A DNA stretch of 63,133 nt, filler included, from Chiloscyllium plagiosum (GCF_004010195.1; 5 parts of one record of this genome joined end to end with filler, not necessarily neighbours in it), one strand, 5' to 3'. Numbered from the whole stretch's first letter, positions 1-12,815 are shown. The notes: generated by a model not told the origin, from the sequence alone. A program made the numbers and translations.

Positions 1-359
1 CCCTGCCTTATTTCCCAAGAGTAAGTCAAGTTTTGCACCTTCTCTAGTTGGTACATCCACATACTGAATCAGAAAATTGTCTTGTACACACTTAAGAAAT
101 TCCTCTCCATCTAAACCTTTAATACTATGGCAGTCCCAGTTGATGTTTGGAAAGTTAAAATCCCCTTCCATAACTACCCTATTATTCTTAGAGATAGCTG
201 AGATCTCCTTACAAGTTTGTTTCTCAATTTCCCTCTGACTATTGGGGGGTCTATAATACAATCCCAATAAGATGATCATCCCTTTCTTATTTCTCAGTTC
301 CATGCAAATAACTTCCTTGGATGTATTTCTGGGAATATCCTCCCTTAGCAAAGCTGCAA
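1..359 (-). mobile_element. CR1 LINE fragment, APE endonuclease region
   Basis: Reverse strand encodes GDFNFPNINW and GAKLDLLLG, typical of CR1 ORF2 endonuclease. Confidence 0.85.
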
Positions 360-657
360 TGTTGTGGTTCTGTTCGCCGAGCTGGAAGTTTTTGTTACAA
401 ACGTTTCGTCCCCTGGCTAGGCGACATCATCAGGGCTTGGGAGCCTCCTGTGAAGCGCTTCTTTGATGTTTCCCCCGGTGTTTATAGTGGTCTGTCCCTG
501 TCGCTTCCGGTTGTCAGTTTCAGCTGTCCGCTGTAGTGGTTGGTATATTGGGTCCAGGTCGATGTGTTTGTTGATGGAGTTTGTGGATGAATGCCATGCC
601 TCTAGGAATTCCCTGGCTGTTCTCTGTCTGGCTTGCCTTATGATAGTAGTGTTGTCC
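360..657 (-). mobile_element. Penelope-like element 3' end (GIY-YIG C-terminus plus pLTR)
   Basis: DNTTIIRQARQRTAREFLEAWHS..INKHIDLDPIY in ORF 417-698; near-identical to 30603-31688. Confidence 0.85.
397..436 (-). ncRNA. Minimal type I hammerhead ribozyme, stem I mutated
   Basis: Minus strand reads CTGATGA-T-GTCGCCT-AGCC-AGGGGAC-GAAA-CG-TT; flanking stem I ccc/tgt no longer pairs. Confidence 0.7.
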
Positions 658-3600
658 CCCACCTCAAAACGGACCCACGACCTTCTCCACCCTGGCACGA
701 CAATGCCCCCATGGCTGTGCCAGCATCATCCCTGCATGGGAACCCTGACCCCCAACCCCGCGAATCCATAACTGATCCCTGCCCTGCCATGTCTCCTGAC
801 CCCACGCCCAATCCCTGCCATGTTACAGAAACCCCTGGGGCATCGCTGCCTGGTCCTGGCCCTGCAAAACCGAGCCCGGGAGTCCATGAGCCCAGGCCCT
901 GCCCCACTCAGCCAGCCCCCTGCACTAACCTTAGGGAACCATCTGCTGCCTTCCTTCCTGCAGCTGTCTCTCTGGCTCCTGGGCAGGAAACTGGGCCCCT
1001 GCCCTGCCCACCATTACCTGATAAATCAGGGGCATGGCCACAGTCTCTCAACAATGGCCACGCCCCCTGCCTTCCCCCAGCCAATAGTATTTCTGGACAA
1101 ACTGGGGGAGGAACGTCAGGCGCAATGACCAAGGTGGGCAGGGAAGGGATGCCCATAAATTCCCCCTTGCCTCCCTGGGGCAGATGTGCCGGCCCTTGGA
1201 GGAGAGGGATTTCCCAGGGGCAAGCTAGCGGTGCTGTCTCTCCCCAGGGGATGAGCCCACAGCGTCTGCTGCCTGTCCCACACCATGGCCTAACCTGCCC
1301 GAACCCCCAGGGACTGCAGTACGACCTTCTACTGCCATCGTTCCACCGGCCCCTGGGGACAACGGTGAAACCAAAATAGGCCATGGTGTGGGCTGAAATA
1401 TTGAAATGACTGCTGGGTAGTCAAGCAGTGGAGGGGAGGAAGATGTTATCCTCACTCATCCCTCCCAGACTGTTTTTCCGGGGGCCTTGGCTCTGGGGGA
1501 GGACCTATTCCCCGAGGAGCCGGTCGTCCCAGTGTCGGGAGAGGAGCGGGGTCCCGAGCCTCTGCCGCCTGGCAACCTGACCTTGGGGCATTCCGGGAAG
1601 CAGTGCACCGAGGAAGTTACCACAGGTGACCCTGGGGATGAGGTTGCTAGGGGTTTGAGGCCAGTTGGCGGTGCCGGACCAGGCCCCACCCCCATGGTAG
1701 GGGAGGGGCCGGTGACCGAGGGCGACTTCCCGGAGGAGGGTTCGGGATTGGTGGTGGATACTGGGAATGACGCGGAGTCACAGTCCTACACGGTACCGGG
1801 CCGGAGGATACACGACAATGTCCACCTGCTCCGGGACCTGATCCATTTCTGTCAACGGGCTGGGCTGCCGAACATCTTCCTGTCTCTCGACCAGAAGGCG
1901 TTCGACAGGGTCGATCACGAGTACCTGCTCTGGACTCCGGGCATTTGGGTTCGGACGCAGTTCATCGCCCGGATCTGACTTTTGTACATCGCCGCAGAGT
2001 GTCTGATTAAAGTTAACGGGTCCCTGACAGCGCCCCTTCACTTCGGGAGAGGAGTGCGTCAAGGCTGCCCCCTGTCCAGCCAGCTGTAGTCCCTGTGCGT
2101 GGAGCCTTTCCTGCGCCTCTTGCGGAGGAGGTTGTCGGGGCTGGTTCTGCGCGGCGCGGGCACAGGGGTGGTCCTCTCGGCATACGCCGATGACGTGCTC
2201 CTCACATTCACTGACCCGGCTGACCTGGGGAGGATGCACGAGTGCCAGGCCATGTACCCGGCAGCGTCTCCCACCAGGATCAACTGGGCCAAATGTTCCT
2301 GACTACTGGTCTGTCCATGGCAGGTGGACTCTTGGCCGGAGGAGTTATGGGGGTTCAGCTGGAGTACCACCCATCTCCTCTACCTGGGGGTCTACCTCAG
2401 CCCGGCTGAGGAATCCTGGCCGGCCAACTGGCAGGAGCTGGAGGCCCAAGGTTTTGGCTCGCCTAGGCTGCTGGATAGGACTGCTCTGAGTGCTGTCTTA
2501 CAGGAGTCGAGTGCTGGTCATAAACTAGCTGGTGGCCGCCATGCTGTGGTACCGGCTGGTCACTTTGGTCCCTCCTCCTGGTTTTGTCGCTGACATCCAG
2601 AGAACATTAGTCAACTTCTTCTGGGACAAAAAGATGCACTGGGTCACTGCGCAGGTTCTGAGTCTCCCTATTGAGTAGGGCGGTCAGTCGCTGGTGTGCA
2701 TCCACCTTCAGACCTTGCAGCGATACCTTTACGTTGAGCCTCCTCCTAGGTGGTGCGCCCTGGCGACATATTTATTCCGCCAGGTGCGTAACCTTAACTA
2801 CAACACGCAGCTCCTGTTAGTCGACCGTGACGGTTTGGAGGTCACCCTCAGGATGCTGCCTGTCTTTTACCAGGACCTGATCATTGTCTGGAACGTGGTT
2901 GAGTCGCGTGCTGCCTAACCTCTGGCAGGAGTAGCGGCTGTCGTCAGGGAGCCGTTGCTCAGAAATCTGCACCTCCGTACTTGCGGGTTCGGGTGGCTAT
3001 CAGAGGGGAGGGCCGTGGCAGCGAGAGTGACCAAAGCTGGGGACGTGCTGGGTGCCGGGGGCCTGGGCTGGACGCTGCCACAGGACATAGTGAGCAGGGC
3101 AGTGGCCACTGCCATCCGATGTCTTAAAACGGCGGTGCTCGGACCCAATGTAATGCACCAGTTGGAGGATGCTCAGGTGTGCAGTGGAGTCCGTGGACCA
3201 TGTATACATTGGGTGTGGGCGTTTGCACTCCCCTTTTTGATTTCCTCAAAAACCTCCCCCTCTGCTTTTGGTTGCACTTCAGTCCCACGCTCCTGATCTT
3301 CAGACACCCGGTACGGAAGGGGGAGGGCAGGTCTGAAGACCTCCTCATGGGTCTGCTCCTGGGCCTTGCCAAACTGGCCATCAACAGGTCCAGGCAGCGG
3401 GCCATGGAGGGGGTCGTTAGGGCTGACTGCCTGCCCCTCTTCCGCGGTTACGTTAGGGCCTGGGTGTCTCTGGAGAAGGAACACGCGGTGTTCACCAACA
3501 CCCTGGAGTTGTTCAGGGAGAGATGGGCGCTGCAGGGAGTGGAGTGTATTATTTCCCCCTCCAATTCTATTTTGATGTAACCCCTGCCCCCCCTTCACAG

Positions 3601-3822
3601 TTTGATCACACAGCATTGCCCTTTGATGTGAAGGGCAGTGCTTGTCACTGGCCACTCCGGTGTTTTCCTATCTTCCTGGTGGTGGAAACTGAATAAAGAT
3701 TCGTGCACCTTGTGTCTTTCACTGTGTCTTACACGTATACACACACACCATGGGTTCTGGGGCAAAAATAAGCACTACTGCTGTTAGGTGGTAGTGTGGG
3801 GGTAAAAACAGAAAAAAAAGAA
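658..3822 (+). mobile_element. Tx1-clade (L1 superfamily) LINE, degenerate and internally deleted
   Basis: Pro/acidic-rich ORF1 remnant, then RT QSYTVPGRRIHDN..LSLDQKAFDRVDH, GVRQGCPLS, YADD at 2183-2194; C-terminal LLGLAKLAINRSR..FRERW; AATAAA 3692-3697; A-rich tail ~3804-3822; frameshifts and stops. Confidence 0.88.
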
Positions 3823-4511
3823 CAGAAAGTCCATAAGCATTGCCCTTACTAGGCTTTCCTTCACTCTGAGAGAGTGTCAGAGAAATTAGCCCAATAAATT
3901 TGAGATCGCAATACATAGTTCGAAGTGAAATTGACAAATAATTTTTATTAGTACGGCGATATCGAGGAAGAGAAATTAACAAGTTGTAACAGCATAGACA
4001 GTCTCTCCAGGTAGCCAAGAATTCCCTTCCTCGAGCTGAGAATGAAACCAGGTCTTATTGGAATCTTTTACAATAAGGTTAATTAAAATGGGGAAAGATA
4101 CAATGTATTTGGAAATGGAGTAATCCAGTTACAATGATGGCAATTGAAAAACAGTTATTGGAAGAATGTTCTGATTGTCGATACAGTGCAACAGCCTGAC
4201 AGAATCAATGGGATCAGGAGATTCCAGTTCTCAGGGAGGTGAGAATGGTGCTTCCATTGTCCTGTCCTGAGAGTGAAATTCTTGGTGGTGTTTCTCCATC
4301 TGACCTGTTCATTGTGTGGCTCTGGTATTGCTGTGTTATGAGACTGCCCTCAGGGCTGTGTTGACCTGGTATTGTTAGTGTGTTTTGGGAAATATATACC
4401 CTTGTCTGCAAGTGCTGTCTGGTTTCACCTGTCAGCCTGTTTGGTCACTGCTGAGGCATTCTAGGTGCTTCTGGTATAGTTTGGCCATGTTTGCTTTCCT
4501 ATGTTCTTTGT

Positions 4512-4603
4512 GGTGAAAATGTGTTGCTGGAAAAGCGCAGCAGGTCAGGCAGCATCCATGGAACAGGAGAATCAACGTTTTCGGCATAAGCCCTTCTTCA
4601 GGA
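4512..4603 (-). mobile_element. PLE terminal fragment with decayed hammerhead
   Basis: Same sequence family as 42682-42810 and 56770-57003. Confidence 0.75.
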
Positions 4604-4629
4604 CTATTATGGGTACATAGGGTGGCAGA

Positions 4630-5160
4630 CCTTTTCCCACAGGGAGCTGGATTAGTGTCAAGGACTCTACATGCTTAAATAAAGGATGACTTGGTGATGG
4701 GATACTGGCCCTGTGGAGTTATTTCAGTGGTAACAAGAGTGGGATTAATGATGCAACTATGCAAAAGCACTTACTAGCTGAAGTTGGATTTCAAACAGGC
4801 ATTACAACTGGCTTTATCATTGGAAAATGTGGCAAGTGGGACATATGAGTTATAGGGTATTCTGAGAGAAGTTGACACCCTTGGCAGTCTAACTGAGCTT
4901 GGGAAACACCAGGTGAGCGCAGGCAATTGAATAGAATCATTCAGGACATATCCTGAACAGAGGGGTTCTCGGTCAGTCCACAGCAAAAGCCCAAAATGAA
5001 GCCAAGTCACAGTCAAATGGTTAAAATTTTCTTCAAATCCAGGCCAGCAAGCCATTGTAGTTGCTGCCAGTACATAGATTCAAGACAGTAAAAGAGGCCC
5101 ACTCGACCTAAAACTCATAGGTGAGTATCCAGGAGAGTGAACACCCTGTAAAGTCCACCT
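4630..5160 (+). mobile_element. Gypsy LTR 3' end plus gag remnant
   Basis: AATAAAGGATGACTTGGTGATGGGATACTGGCC matches the LTR ends at ~14104 and ~59840; KLDFKQALQLALSLENVAS is gag-like. Confidence 0.6.
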
Positions 5161-5169
5161 ACACATGGT

Positions 5170-5830
5170 TTATTTTTCATTTTGCAGCATCCAAATCAGA
5201 ACCAATCAAAATAAACGTGTTCCACTTGAAACTTCTCCCGAATGTGTACGTTCTCTTCCTTGTAGGATCCACAAATGAAACTGTACTATCCATAAGATGC
5301 AATACTACATCAACCTCAAATTTTATGATTGTGTCAAATCCATCTGGTTGCAGGCCTTTGAGTTCATTAACTGATTTGATTACATCACATATGATCTGTT
5401 CTGCCACACTGGATGCAGCTTGAATCTTATAAATTGTGAACCACAATAAGAGCTGTGCATATTGATAGTTCAGCCACAGTTGGATCACTGGTATCCCTTG
5501 GGTAAAAACATTTTGGGAAGCCTGCATATTGGCACCGCAGTGTGATTCTACCAATGAATGGAATTTGTGATGTATTATATGATGTGCGGCTGTAGGCTGT
5601 TCTATAGAGTGCCACTTGCCAAGGTACATGCCTTTCAGGATGCAAATTGCTATCAGCTTGACACCAATCCCTGTATCAACTTTGGTTTGTGTGGCCTGCC
5701 GTTTCAGGACATATGATGTGAATGGTTGTAAATTCTTCTGATCATCTTCTGAAATTTGCCTTTCACTTAGGTTGATTCTGAACTTCACTGATATGCTTTG
5801 TTTGCACAGCTTTTGAACAAATTACTTGCT
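5170..5830 (-). mobile_element. Gypsy pol relic (aspartic protease and linker), second family
   Basis: KVDTG protease motif in ORF 5177-5788; the shifted frame gives SYNTSQIPFIGRITLRCQY, resembling the AYNG..I..G protease tail. Confidence 0.65.
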
Positions 5831-6637
5831 GCCAGAATTAGAATTAGAATTAGGATTATTGTCATGTGTATTCAGGTACAGAAGTACAGGAGTACAGTGA
5901 AATGCTTGCAATATTGTCTTTCATGGTGCAATCTTCGGTACAAACCACCTGTGTTGTACCATCTTTTTGCTTTGGAATCTGGTTTGACCTTTGAAATCAG
6001 ATTTCCTGCACATATAGTGCCAGCCATGTGCTTTACAGAGGTATTGTGCTTCAAAATTAGGTGCAAAATTGCATGAGAAATGTCACAAGGGCTCACAGAG
6101 GTAAACCCTCCATAAATCTCCATGAAATTTTCACACAACTCATTTTTTTTTGGGAAAAATCCCTTGGAATTCTGGGCATAAGCTCTCAGCAACATAAAGC
6201 TGCTCCTTTCTTCCTTAACTCAAGCCTGATATATTCAGTGCTAGAATCATATCCTTTTAATTTAGAACTGTAAGTTAATTCTCAATTAATACTGCCACAC
6301 CCCTTGCTCTTTTTCCTTTTCTAATATTCCTGAATATTTGGTAATTGTGAATTTTATTAAGGTGGGATATAGTAAATAAAGCTAGATCCTGCGGTCTCCA
6401 TGTCAGAGTGACCTAATGCATTGTTCTAGTGTTTTCCTTTAAATATTAGTCACATTTTTGTTATGTTTTTCATACATGATGTCCAGAAACTACTGCTTTC
6501 ATCAAACAGCTCTCAGCATTTCTATGAACAACAAAATATATCCAAAAGAATGTGTAAAAGTATAGGCTTCATTTAGAAGTTTATGAACACTGAAAACTCC
6601 ATTTACTAAATTCTTCTCTTTTTCTTTCCAGTACCTG

Positions 6638-7148
6638 TGTTAATAGATAAAGCAGTTAAGCACAGAATAAATTGGCTATGAATGTATTGGAGAAGCTCTT
6701 TGTTTTTGCCAATTAAGTCTTGTACACAGGCCTTGAGTAAGTGACATGTTTATCCGCAATATCATGGGAAGAGGTCAGTGACCACTCAGCACGAATGGAC
6801 CAGAACCACTTCCCCGAGCTACAGGCTCATACAGGTTACAAATGGGGTTACAAATGGCTGACTGCTGATTACAGAACAATGCATATCTAACTACAATTGA
6901 TAGCTTAACAATATTAAATGGTCTAACAACATTAACTGCTCAAACAAATTTAAATGATCCGGTAGCATCCTGTTTACAGTGGCAGATAAACAGTGACTAA
7001 CAATATTAAATTTGAATGGTCTAGTAGCATTCTGTTTGCAGTGGCATTGTTCTAACAGAACTCTTGTGGAAAGGAACCTCTCGGGGAGGAACTTATCAGT
7101 GGGTGGGGAGGTAAAGAATTTTTGTAAACTTTAACAATTCCGCTAACA
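6638..7148. mobile_element. Possible solo LTR
   Basis: TGTTA...TAACA inverted termini and internal short direct repeats (6905-7046); no TSD seen. Confidence 0.3.
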
Positions 7149-7424
7149 TGGTTGCCTCAGGTCAGGGAAATGGTTTCCACAGAGGGGAACTTGTACAATT
7201 AAGCAGGATGATTGTGAATACAGATTTTCTTACAAATCTAATAATTATCATCTGCCTACATTCAGAATTAATGCTGTCATATTGACAAAGTCGGGTGCTT
7301 TGTTCATCCTTATTCTGAAGTAAAATGTCTGCACACAGAGAACTGAGTGCGATTTCATCACCTTGCATTAAAATCTTGTTGAGAACATTTTAATGATTAA
7401 TTTCATTTACACGAATTAATATAA

Positions 7425-7775
7425 CGAGGCCATTCAGCCTCTTGAGTCTGGACCACCATTCTATAAGATCATGGCTGATCTGATTGTAAAGTTAAGTCTG
7501 CATTCGTGCCTACCCTGATAACATTTCACCCCTTTGTTTAATAAGAACCTTTCGACATTTGACTTTAAAAAAAGCATTCAAAATTATTCTTTCATCACAC
7601 TTGCGGGTAGAAAGTTCCAAAGGCTCACGATCCTTTGTGAGAAAAAAATGCCAATTCTCTGTTTTAAATAGGCGACTGATTTTTAAATAATGACCGCTAG
7701 TTCTAGCTTCTCCCTAATGAGGAAACAACCTCTGCACAGGTAGCCTGTTTCAATCAAATCATCTCTCATTCTTCT
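7425..7775 (-). mobile_element. CR1 3' end
   Basis: Reverse of the CR1 3' UTR (ATCAGCCATGATC, GGCTGAATGGCCT). Confidence 0.7.
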
Positions 7776-7779
7776 AATG

Positions 7780-8666
7780 AGGTAGGAAAGTAAATTATGA
7801 AGATGTCATAAGAAGTCCGCAAAGAACTATAGATGGGTTAAATGAATGGGCAGAGATCTGTCAAATGGTGTACAATGTGGGAAATTGTGAAATTAGAAGA
7901 AAGAATTTAAAAAAGCACATTGTCCAAATGCTAAGAGATTGCAGAGCTCTGAGATGCAGTGAGAGCTGGGTGTCCACGTGCATGAATCACAAAAGTTAGT
8001 ATGCAAACACAGCAAGTAATCAATAAAGCAAACAGAATGTTATGTTTTATTGTGAGAGGAAGTGAATGCAAGAGTAGGTTATGCTTCAGTTATACAGGTC
8101 AAACTGCATTTGGAGTATAGTGTACGGTTTTGGTTATCATACTTACAGAAGGATATTATTGCATTGGAAGCAATTCAGAGAAACTTTATGAGACTAATAT
8201 TTGGAATGAGTGATTTGCCATTGAAGGAAAGGCTAGATAGGCTGGTGCTTAGCATCTGGTGTTTGGAAGAGTCAGAGTTGACTTATTTGAAAGATAGAAG
8301 ATACTGAGGGGACTTAAGCCTGGTGGATATCAAAAAAATGTTTCCCCTTGAGGAAGAATCTAAAACAATGGCTCATAATTTAAAAATAAGGAGCTGCCCA
8401 CTTAAGGCAGAGATGAGGAAACAATTTTTTCTTTCAGAAGATTGAGAGTCCTGAGAATACCCTTCCTCAAAAGGCAGTAAATAAAGAACCCTTAAATATT
8501 TTTAAGGCAGAAGTAATTAGATTTTTGATTATCAAGGGGTGAAAGGTTATTTGGGGATGTGCAGGAATGTAGAGTTGAGGTTAAAATCAAATCAGCCATG
8601 ATTTTTTTGAATGATAGAACAGGCTTGAAGTGTTGAGTGGCCTATCATTGTTACTTGCTCATATGT
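7780..8666 (+). mobile_element. CR1 3' fragment (RT C-terminus and 3' UTR)
   Basis: HLEYSVRFWLSYLQKDIIALEAIQRNFMRLI. Confidence 0.85.
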
Positions 8667-9239
8667 TGATCGATACAAGTCTAGTTTGTGCAACCTTTCC
8701 TCATTAGAAAACCGTCTCATTTCAGGTCAGGGTCTTGACTTATGTAAATGGTGACATTCATGGAGTCTATTTGATAACTGTAATTAATTTTCCTGAAATG
8801 AGGGTCATTTCCTGCATATGTTGACACTTGGCCATACTGTCATTGCCAAGGGAATGACTCCAAAGTCCAAAAGGACAGTGTCACGTCTACAGGAGACAAG
8901 AGCAGTGTTAAATGAGTAGAATATTAGAAGAACTGTTCCATTGAAGACATTTGTTCAAGATGAGTCCTGGACATGAGTATTGAGATGGTTTCTAGCCACT
9001 TCCTACAATTAACTGCCAGTTCCCCATGGTGACAGCAGGAAATAGTGCAACTTAGACAACTGGAAGGCCACACCAGTGGACACCTGGGCTACATATTATC
9101 TCTGAGTCCATGTGATATTAGGGGAAGGAGTGATCAGCAGTGATTCCAGCAAGGCAAATAGCAGAGAAAACATAATCTAGTTTTAAGCAGAATTCAATAT
9201 TTCATTATGCAAATTTAGTCAGTCCCCAATTTCAAATCT

Positions 9240-9476
9240 CATAGAATCCTTACAGTGTGGAAGCAGGTCATTTGGCTGATTGAGTCCACACCAACCCTCT
9301 GAAGAAATTCCACCCACACTCACCCCTTTACTCTATCCCTGTAACCCTGCATTTCCCATGGCTAATCCATCTAGCCTGCACATCCGTGGATACTATGGGA
9401 CATTTAGCATGGCCAATCTACCTAATCTGCACATTATTGGACTGTGAGAGGAAACCAGAGCACCTGGAGGAAACCT
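9240..9476 (-). mobile_element. HE1-type SINE, 5' truncated
   Basis: Contains V-domain AATTTAGCATGGCCAAT-like motif and CR1-derived tail. Confidence 0.75.
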
Positions 9477-9734
9477 AGATTGAATCCAATGATTCAATAT
9501 CATATTTTTCTGTTAATCTTCTACAGTGTTTGTCCAGCTTTAAAATTTTAAGAAATAGTCTTTATATGAATGCCAGTTATAAAGTTATAAATGCCAGTTC
9601 AATTCCTTCTTGCAAACATTTGTAGAATATTTGTACATTTTATTGTTCATTAAAACATTCTTGAACATGTTGGCATGTTGTTTTGACCACAATATACTCA
9701 AGTTTCCAGGAATTCCCTTTTTGAACGTTTCATT

Positions 9735-9910
9735 TGTGGAGTGCTGAAATGGTTAGCATCCTCTTTGATCCGGACAAAGTTAAACATTCCCAGCTTGTCC
9801 TTCTTGATCTGTCGGCAGCCTTTGACATAGTGGACCTTGCCATTATCTTCCAGTGCCTCTGCACTGAATTTAAGTAAAATGGATCCATTCAGTAACGCTG
9901 GCCCCTTTGT
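9735..9910 (+). mobile_element. L2 LINE RT fragment
   Basis: LVLLDLSAAFDIVD at ~9794-9835. Confidence 0.6.
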
Positions 9911-9959
9911 CACAATCCATTACTTCCTTCTATATCCTGAGACAGAAAGATCCTTAAAC

Positions 9960-10262
9960 AACACCTTCCAAACTCTTAACCACTTCCAACTAGAAGGACA
10001 AAGTGAGGAGACACATGAGAACACCACCACCTGAAAGTTGCACTCTAAGCCACTCACTATTCTGACTTGGAATTGTTGTTCCTGAACCGTGACTGGGTCA
10101 AAATCCTGGAATTCCATTCCTAGTGGCATAGTGTGTCTATGTACAGCATACAGTCTGCAGCATTTCAAGAAGGCAGCTCACCACTACCTCCTGAAGGGCA
10201 ACTAGGGATGGTCAATAAATGCTAGTCCAGCCCAAAACATCCACATCTCATGAGTGAGTAAA
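9960..10262 (+). mobile_element. LINE 3' end (L2/CR1 group)
   Basis: TTCAAGAAGGCAGCTCACCACTACCTCCTGAAGGGCAACTAGGGATGG..AATAAATGC tail; related tail near 37615-37655. Confidence 0.6.
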
Positions 10263-10808
10263 AAGCTGTTATCAAACCATTATTAACTGGACTCTGGGCA
10301 CAAACTGTACTAATTCAGAATTTCGGTACTATGTAGAGCATACAACAGTACATGATAGGAACAAATCCTTCAGTCCTTCATGTCTGTGCTGGCCATGATC
10401 CCATTTGCCTGTATAGTCCTTATGCCTCTATTCTCTGCTTGTTCATCTCTTAAACATGGCTATTATCTGCTTCTACCATCTCCCCTAGCAGTACATTTCA
10501 GCCACCTACGACCCTCTGTGTAAAAATGTGTGCTTCATACCTCAGTTTGAAATTTTTGCACTATCACCTTAAACCTATGATCCTTTGTATTTGACATTTC
10601 CATCCTGAGAAAAAAGACTGATTATCCACCCTATCTATGCCTCTCATAATTATATACACATTTTTATCAAGGTGCCTTATGCCTCTAATGCTCTAGCAAA
10701 AGGAATTCAAGTTTGTGCAACCTCTCCTTATAGCTACTACACGTCAATCCAGGCAACAATCCGGCAAACATCTCTTGCACCTTTGCCACAGCCTCTACAT
10801 CCTTTCTA

Positions 10809-11690
10809 CTTTTTTTTTATTTTCCTTTTTTATATTAACCCCCACACTACCCACCTAAGTGCGGTAGTGCTTATTTTTTCCCCAGCACCCATGGTGTGTG
10901 TGTGTGCAGGTGTGAGACACAGTGAAAGACACAAAGTGCACGAATCTTTATTCAAATTCCACCACCAGGAAGATGGGAAAACACCCGAGTGGCCAGTGAC
11001 AAACACTGCCCTTCAAATCAGTGCTGTGTGATCAAAACAGTGAAGGGGAGGGTAGGGACTAAATCAAAATAGAATTGGAGGGAGAAATGATGCACTCCAC
11101 TCCCTGCGGCGCCCACCTCTCCCTGAACAACTCCAGGGTGTTGGTCGACACCGCGTGCTCCTTCTCCAAGGACACCCGGGCCCTAACGTAACCGTGGAAG
11201 AGGGGCAGGAAATCAGCCCTAACGACCCCCTCCGCGGCCCGCTGCCTCGACCTGTTGATGGCCAGTTTGGCCAGGCCCAGGTGCAGACCCACGAGGAGGT
11301 CTTCAGACCTGCCCTCCCTCCTCCGTACCGGGTGCCCAAAGATTCAGGAGCGTGGGACTGAAGTGTAGCCAAAAGCAGAGGGGGAGGTTTTTAAGAAAAT
11401 CAAAAAGCGAGTGCAAACGGCCACACCCAATATATACATGGTCCATGGATTCCACAGCGCCACAGAACAAGCAGTTGGGCTGGGAGTCTGTGAACCACCG
11501 CAATCTGTGGTTTCTGGGGAATGCTGCGTGCAGCACCCTCCACCCCAGATCCCCGAGAGAAAGGGGGAGGACTCCCGTGCAGAGAGCCCTCCACTGGGGA
11601 TCCCCACCGCCCGGTGGCAAATGGGCACGCCAAGGCGTGTCCGGACGGTGGATGAGGGAGAAGAGGTGGACGGTGTGCAGCAGCAGTCTA
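10809..11690 (-). mobile_element. Tx1-clade LINE 3' fragment (zf-RVT, C-terminus, 3' UTR, A tail)
   Basis: DLGWRVLH..CLFCGAVESMDHVYIGC; 3' UTR matches 3581-3820; T-run at 10810-10835. Confidence 0.88.
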
Positions 11691-12815
11691 TTTTTTACTG
11701 CCCTTACACTCCTGTTTTTTTTTCTCTCTTTTAACCCCCACACTACCACCTAAGTGCGGTAGTGCTTATTTTTCCCCCCGCACCCATGGTGTGTGTGTGT
11801 GCAGGTGCGAGACACAGTGAAAGACACAAAGTGCACGAATCTTTATTCAATTTCCACCACCAGGAAGATAGGAAAACACCCGGGTGGCCAGTGACAAACA
11901 CTGCCCTTCACATCAAAAGGGCAGTGCTGTGTGATCAAAACACTGAAGGGGAGGGTAGGGACTAAATCAAAATAGAATTGGAGGGAGAAATGATGCACTC
12001 CACTCCCTGCGGCGCCCACCTCTCCCTGAACAACTCCAGGGTGTTGGTCGACGCCGCGTGCTCCTTCTCCAAGGACACCCGGGCTCCAACGTAACCGCGG
12101 AAGAGGGACAGGCAGTCGGCCCNNNNNNNNNNNNNNNNNNNNNNNNNNNNCAGGCAGTCGCCCCTACCGCCCCCCTCCCCGCCCCGCGGGAGGGGGTCGT
12201 TAGGGCCGACTGCCTGCCCACTCCTGTTTATTTCTACCAGGTCGGGCTCCCTGATTGGACCAGAATAACAGCCCCAATCAGAGAATTCATATTCTATGAT
12301 ATCCACCTGGCTGACCTTGTTACAATCTCTANNNNNNNNNNNNNNNNNNNNNNNNNNNNNNNNNNNNNNNNNNNNTTAATTAATTAANNNNNNNNNNNNN
12401 NNNNNNNNNNNNNNNNNNNNNNNNNNNNNNNTGGTCCATGGACTCCACAGCGCCACAGAACAAGCAGTTGGGCTGGGAGTCCGTGAACCACCGCAGTCTG
12501 CGGTTGCAGGGGACTGCTGCGTGCAACACCCTCCACCCCAGATCCCTGAGAGAAAGGGGGAGGACTCCCCGCGTAGAGAGCCCTCCACTGGGGATCCCCA
12601 CCGCCCGGTGGCAAATGGGCACGCCAAGGCGTGTCCGGACGGTGGATGAGGGAGAAGAGGTGGACGGTGTGCAGCAGCAGTCTATACAGGGCTTTCCTTT
12701 TTATATCCCTAAATGACATAAAATTAAAATTTCGGAGGCGGCTCAGGTTGTGGGGCACAGGCTCCCGCGGGAATTACGGGAGCTTGGGGCCAATGTGAAA
12801 TTCCGTCCGGGCTGA
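11691..12815 (-). mobile_element. Second Tx1-clade 3' fragment in tandem, gapped
   Basis: Own T-rich tail 11691-11732, same 3' UTR and C-terminus; zf-RVT segment repeated at 12432-12690. Confidence 0.8.
12376..12387. other. Scaffolding linker TTAATTAATTAA inside an N-gap (also 36769-36780, 42921-42932, 57880-57891)
   Basis: Identical palindromic six-frame-stop 12-mer centred in four ~100-bp N-runs. Confidence 0.95.

Noticed and set aside
633..1379. 248-aa proline-rich ORF as a cellular protein
   Set aside because: GC-rich low-complexity stretch contiguous with the Tx1 RT; open frames on both strands reflect composition
4214..4505. RTE-type LINE C-terminal relic
   Set aside because: Similarity too faint to support a call
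5177..5788. 203-aa ORF as a novel host gene (GKWH resembles a sulfatase motif)
   Set aside because: Contains a DTG aspartic-protease motif with a frameshifted Gypsy continuation; better explained as a retroelement relic
12376..12387. Recurrent palindrome TTAATTAATTAA as a biological motif
   Set aside because: Always centred in N-runs; it is an artificial scaffold linker
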